NCBI RefSeq assembly: GCF_006345805.1 | Contig: NW_021827954.1 | Span: forward strand, 1-9,081 | From: Octopus sinensis | Lineage: Eukaryota | Direction: 5' to 3' | Length of the DNA stretch: 9,081 nucleotides | Part shown: piece by piece, positions 7,119-9,081 of the stretch | How the letters are laid out: the number at the start of each line of letters is the position of its first letter | Position numbering within the stretch: the stretch's first letter is position 1 | The notes under the pieces: model-generated | The model's database searches: none | What the model saw: only the letters and a program-made list of their open reading frames with translations | What the model was told of the DNA's origin: nothing | Made by a program: the position numbers and the translations under genes

Positions 7119-7406
7119 TCATTGTAACGTCCTCTCTTCTGCTCCGCACTTCCATCCCAGCTTCCCTCCGTCGTCTTCCTCCGTCTTCCTCCTTCTTCTT
7201 CTTCTCGTTTCCATTCCAGTCAAACAAACCTCGGAACCAGACGAACGTCTTCGGGAAAAACACCAAATGTTCTTCCGTTTTTGCTTGCGAAATCGATTCC
7301 GAATTTCACATTTTCTAAGAATTAATTTATTGTTGTTGCAGATCGAGAAAAGAGACAAAAACAAATTCTGTTTTTATTTCGAGTGTAGATGGAAATACGA
7401 CATAGA

Positions 7407-7518
7407 CACATGTGTATATATGTGTGTATATATATATATGTGTGTGTGTGTGTGTCTGCATATGTATATTTGTGTATATATGTTCATATATGTGTGTGTA
7501 TGTATGTATGTGTGCATA

Positions 7519-7551
<33 letters not shown>

Positions 7552-7898
7552 GTGTGTGGGTTTTTGCATGTGTATATTTGTGTATATATGTGCGTATATG
7601 TGTGTATATGTATATGTGTACATATATATGTGTGTATATATATGCATATATGTGTGTGTGCATATGTGTGTGTATATGTGTGTATATATGTGTGTGTATA
7701 TGTATGTGTGCATATGTGTGTATATATATGCGTGTGTATATGTATGTGTGCATATGTGTGTGTATATGTGTGTATATGTATATGTGTACATATATATGTG
7801 TGTATATATGTGCAGATATGTGTGTATGTGTATGTGTGCATATGTGTGTATATATGTATGTGTGTATATATATGTGTGTGTATATGTATGTGTGCATA

Positions 7899-7929
<31 letters not shown>

Positions 7930-8086
7930 GTGTGTATATGTATGTGTGCATATGTGTGTGTATATGTGTGTATATATATATGTGTGTGTATATGCATGTG
8001 TGCATATGTGTGTGTATATGTGTGTATATATATGTGTGTATATATATGTGTGTATATGTATGTGCATATGTATGTGTGCGTGTATA
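7407..8086. repeat. About 0.68-kb compound (TG)n/(TA)n tract
   Basis: Almost pure purine-pyrimidine alternation with a recurring gtgcatatgtgtgtgtatatgtgtgtatat motif. Confidence 0.97.
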
Positions 8087-8137
8087 TTTACTTATTTTCT
8101 ACTGACTCACTGTTATAATATTGGATATTTATTTAAT

Positions 8138-8714
8138 ATCATCTTCATCATCATCATCATCATCATTGTCACAGTCATCATAATATTACCATCGGCAGCA
8201 GTGTCATCATTATCATTGTCGCCGCCATGATTATTGTCATTGCCACAGTCGTCATCATCATCATCATCATCATCATTAGCATCACCATCATTGCGTCGTC
8301 ATCATCGTCATCGTCGTCGTCATCTTCATCATCATCATCATCATCGTCATCATCATCGTCATCGTCGTCATCCTCATCATCATCATCATCTTTGTCGTCG
8401 TCATCATCATCATTATCATCATTATCTTTGTCATCCTCCTCCTCCTCCTCCTCCTCTCCTCATCTCATCGTCATTAGCATCGCAATCATTGTGTTGTCGT
8501 CATCATCATCATCATCCTTGTCATCATCCTCCTCCTCATCATCATCATTAGCATCATCATCACCATCATCCCATCATCATCATCATTATCATCATCATTG
8601 TCGCTGTCATTGCTGTTCCCATTGTTATCGCTGTCATCATCATCATCATCATCACCATCGTTGTCAGCATCAGCATTGTGTTCCTTGTCATCATCATCAT
8701 CATCATCATCATCA
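8138..8714. repeat. About 0.58-kb (CAT)n/(CGT)n trinucleotide tract
   Basis: Read directly; it is the reverse-complement class of 3115-3629. Confidence 0.97.
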
Positions 8715-8870
8715 TTGTTTTACTGTCCACTTGTCCTTGGTTGCCTGTACCTGGTGGTATTCGTTGAGGCAAATTTCTTTCTACAGCCAAACGCCCGTCC
8801 TGCCACCTGTTTCCAAGCAAGGCGATATTTCCCCACGACCAGACACGTTTTCATGGTAGATTGGAAATGA
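8715..8870 (-). mobile_element. Retroposon relic, family D copy D2
   Basis: The minus strand has caggacgggcgtttggctgtagaaa (degenerate module, 8778-8804), then about 45 nt later acaagtggacagtaaaacaa, running straight into (ATG)n. Confidence 0.7.
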
Positions 8871-8969
8871 TCAACAGACAACCTCTCTTCTATAACCTGG
8901 TCTTGCTCTCGTGGCGTGCATGAGACTCTCAGCCCTTTAGTCAGAATGGAATTCTTCAGTAATTCTTTT

Positions 8970-9019
8970 GGCACGGCAATGTGGTTAGGAGCTTGCTCTC
9001 CAACCAAATGGTTCTGGGT
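8970..9019 (+). mobile_element. Fragment of family A tRNA-like head
   Basis: ggcacggcaatgtggttaggagcttgctctccaaccaaatggttctgggt aligns to the A2/A3/A4 head on the opposite strand. It breaks off at the start of the B box. Confidence 0.65.
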
Positions 9020-9036
9020 ATACATAGGTATATTGG

Positions 9037-9081
9037 TAGATAGACAGACGGACAGACAGACGATGGATAGATAGATAGATA
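9037..9081. repeat. (GACA)n/(GATA)n tetranucleotide tract, open at the window edge
   Basis: agatagacagacggacagacagacgatggatagatagatagata. Confidence 0.9.

Noticed and set aside
6366-7127. 253-aa Thr/Pro-rich mucin-like ORF
   Set aside because: It starts inside retroposon C1, crosses a (TA)n run and is open only because ACC/ACT repeats lack stops. No signal peptide or recognisable domain.
7267-8230. Several 170-283-aa VCIY/HTYI ORFs
   Set aside because: Artefacts of the TG/TA dinucleotide tract.
8227-8870. Poly-Ser/His ORFs
   Set aside because: Artefacts of the (CAT)n tract running into relic D2.

Overview
AT-rich, non-coding eukaryotic DNA (intron or intergenic), made up mostly of short retroposons and very long simple repeats. 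From memory the repeat families look like those of coleoid cephalopod (Octopus) genomes; I could not run a search to confirm this. No protein-coding gene is supported: the supplied ORFs are low-complexity read-throughs of microsatellites, ORFs overlapping SINE copies, or short unrecognised frames. I found no rRNA, genuine tRNA or CRISPR array. Within-window alignment shows three groups of repeats. (1) tRNA-headed SINE family 'A': four near-complete copies plus two partial copies; one copy (2194-2625) has a perfect 39-nt target-site duplication. (2) tRNA-headed SINE family 'B': three copies arranged -> -> <- at 3927-4628. (3) Families 'C/D': four relics sharing a CAGGAAGGGCATCC-type module and, in three of them, a GGACRTTA-type 3' end. 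The best original observation is that the two >500-bp ATG/CAT tracts each begin at or within about 30 nt of the same 20-nt element terminus (18/20 identical), so they appear to be hyper-expanded retroposon tails. A few unique islands may hold regulatory sites or small exons, but support is weak. I see no evidence of a new protein-based system. The family letters are my own labels.
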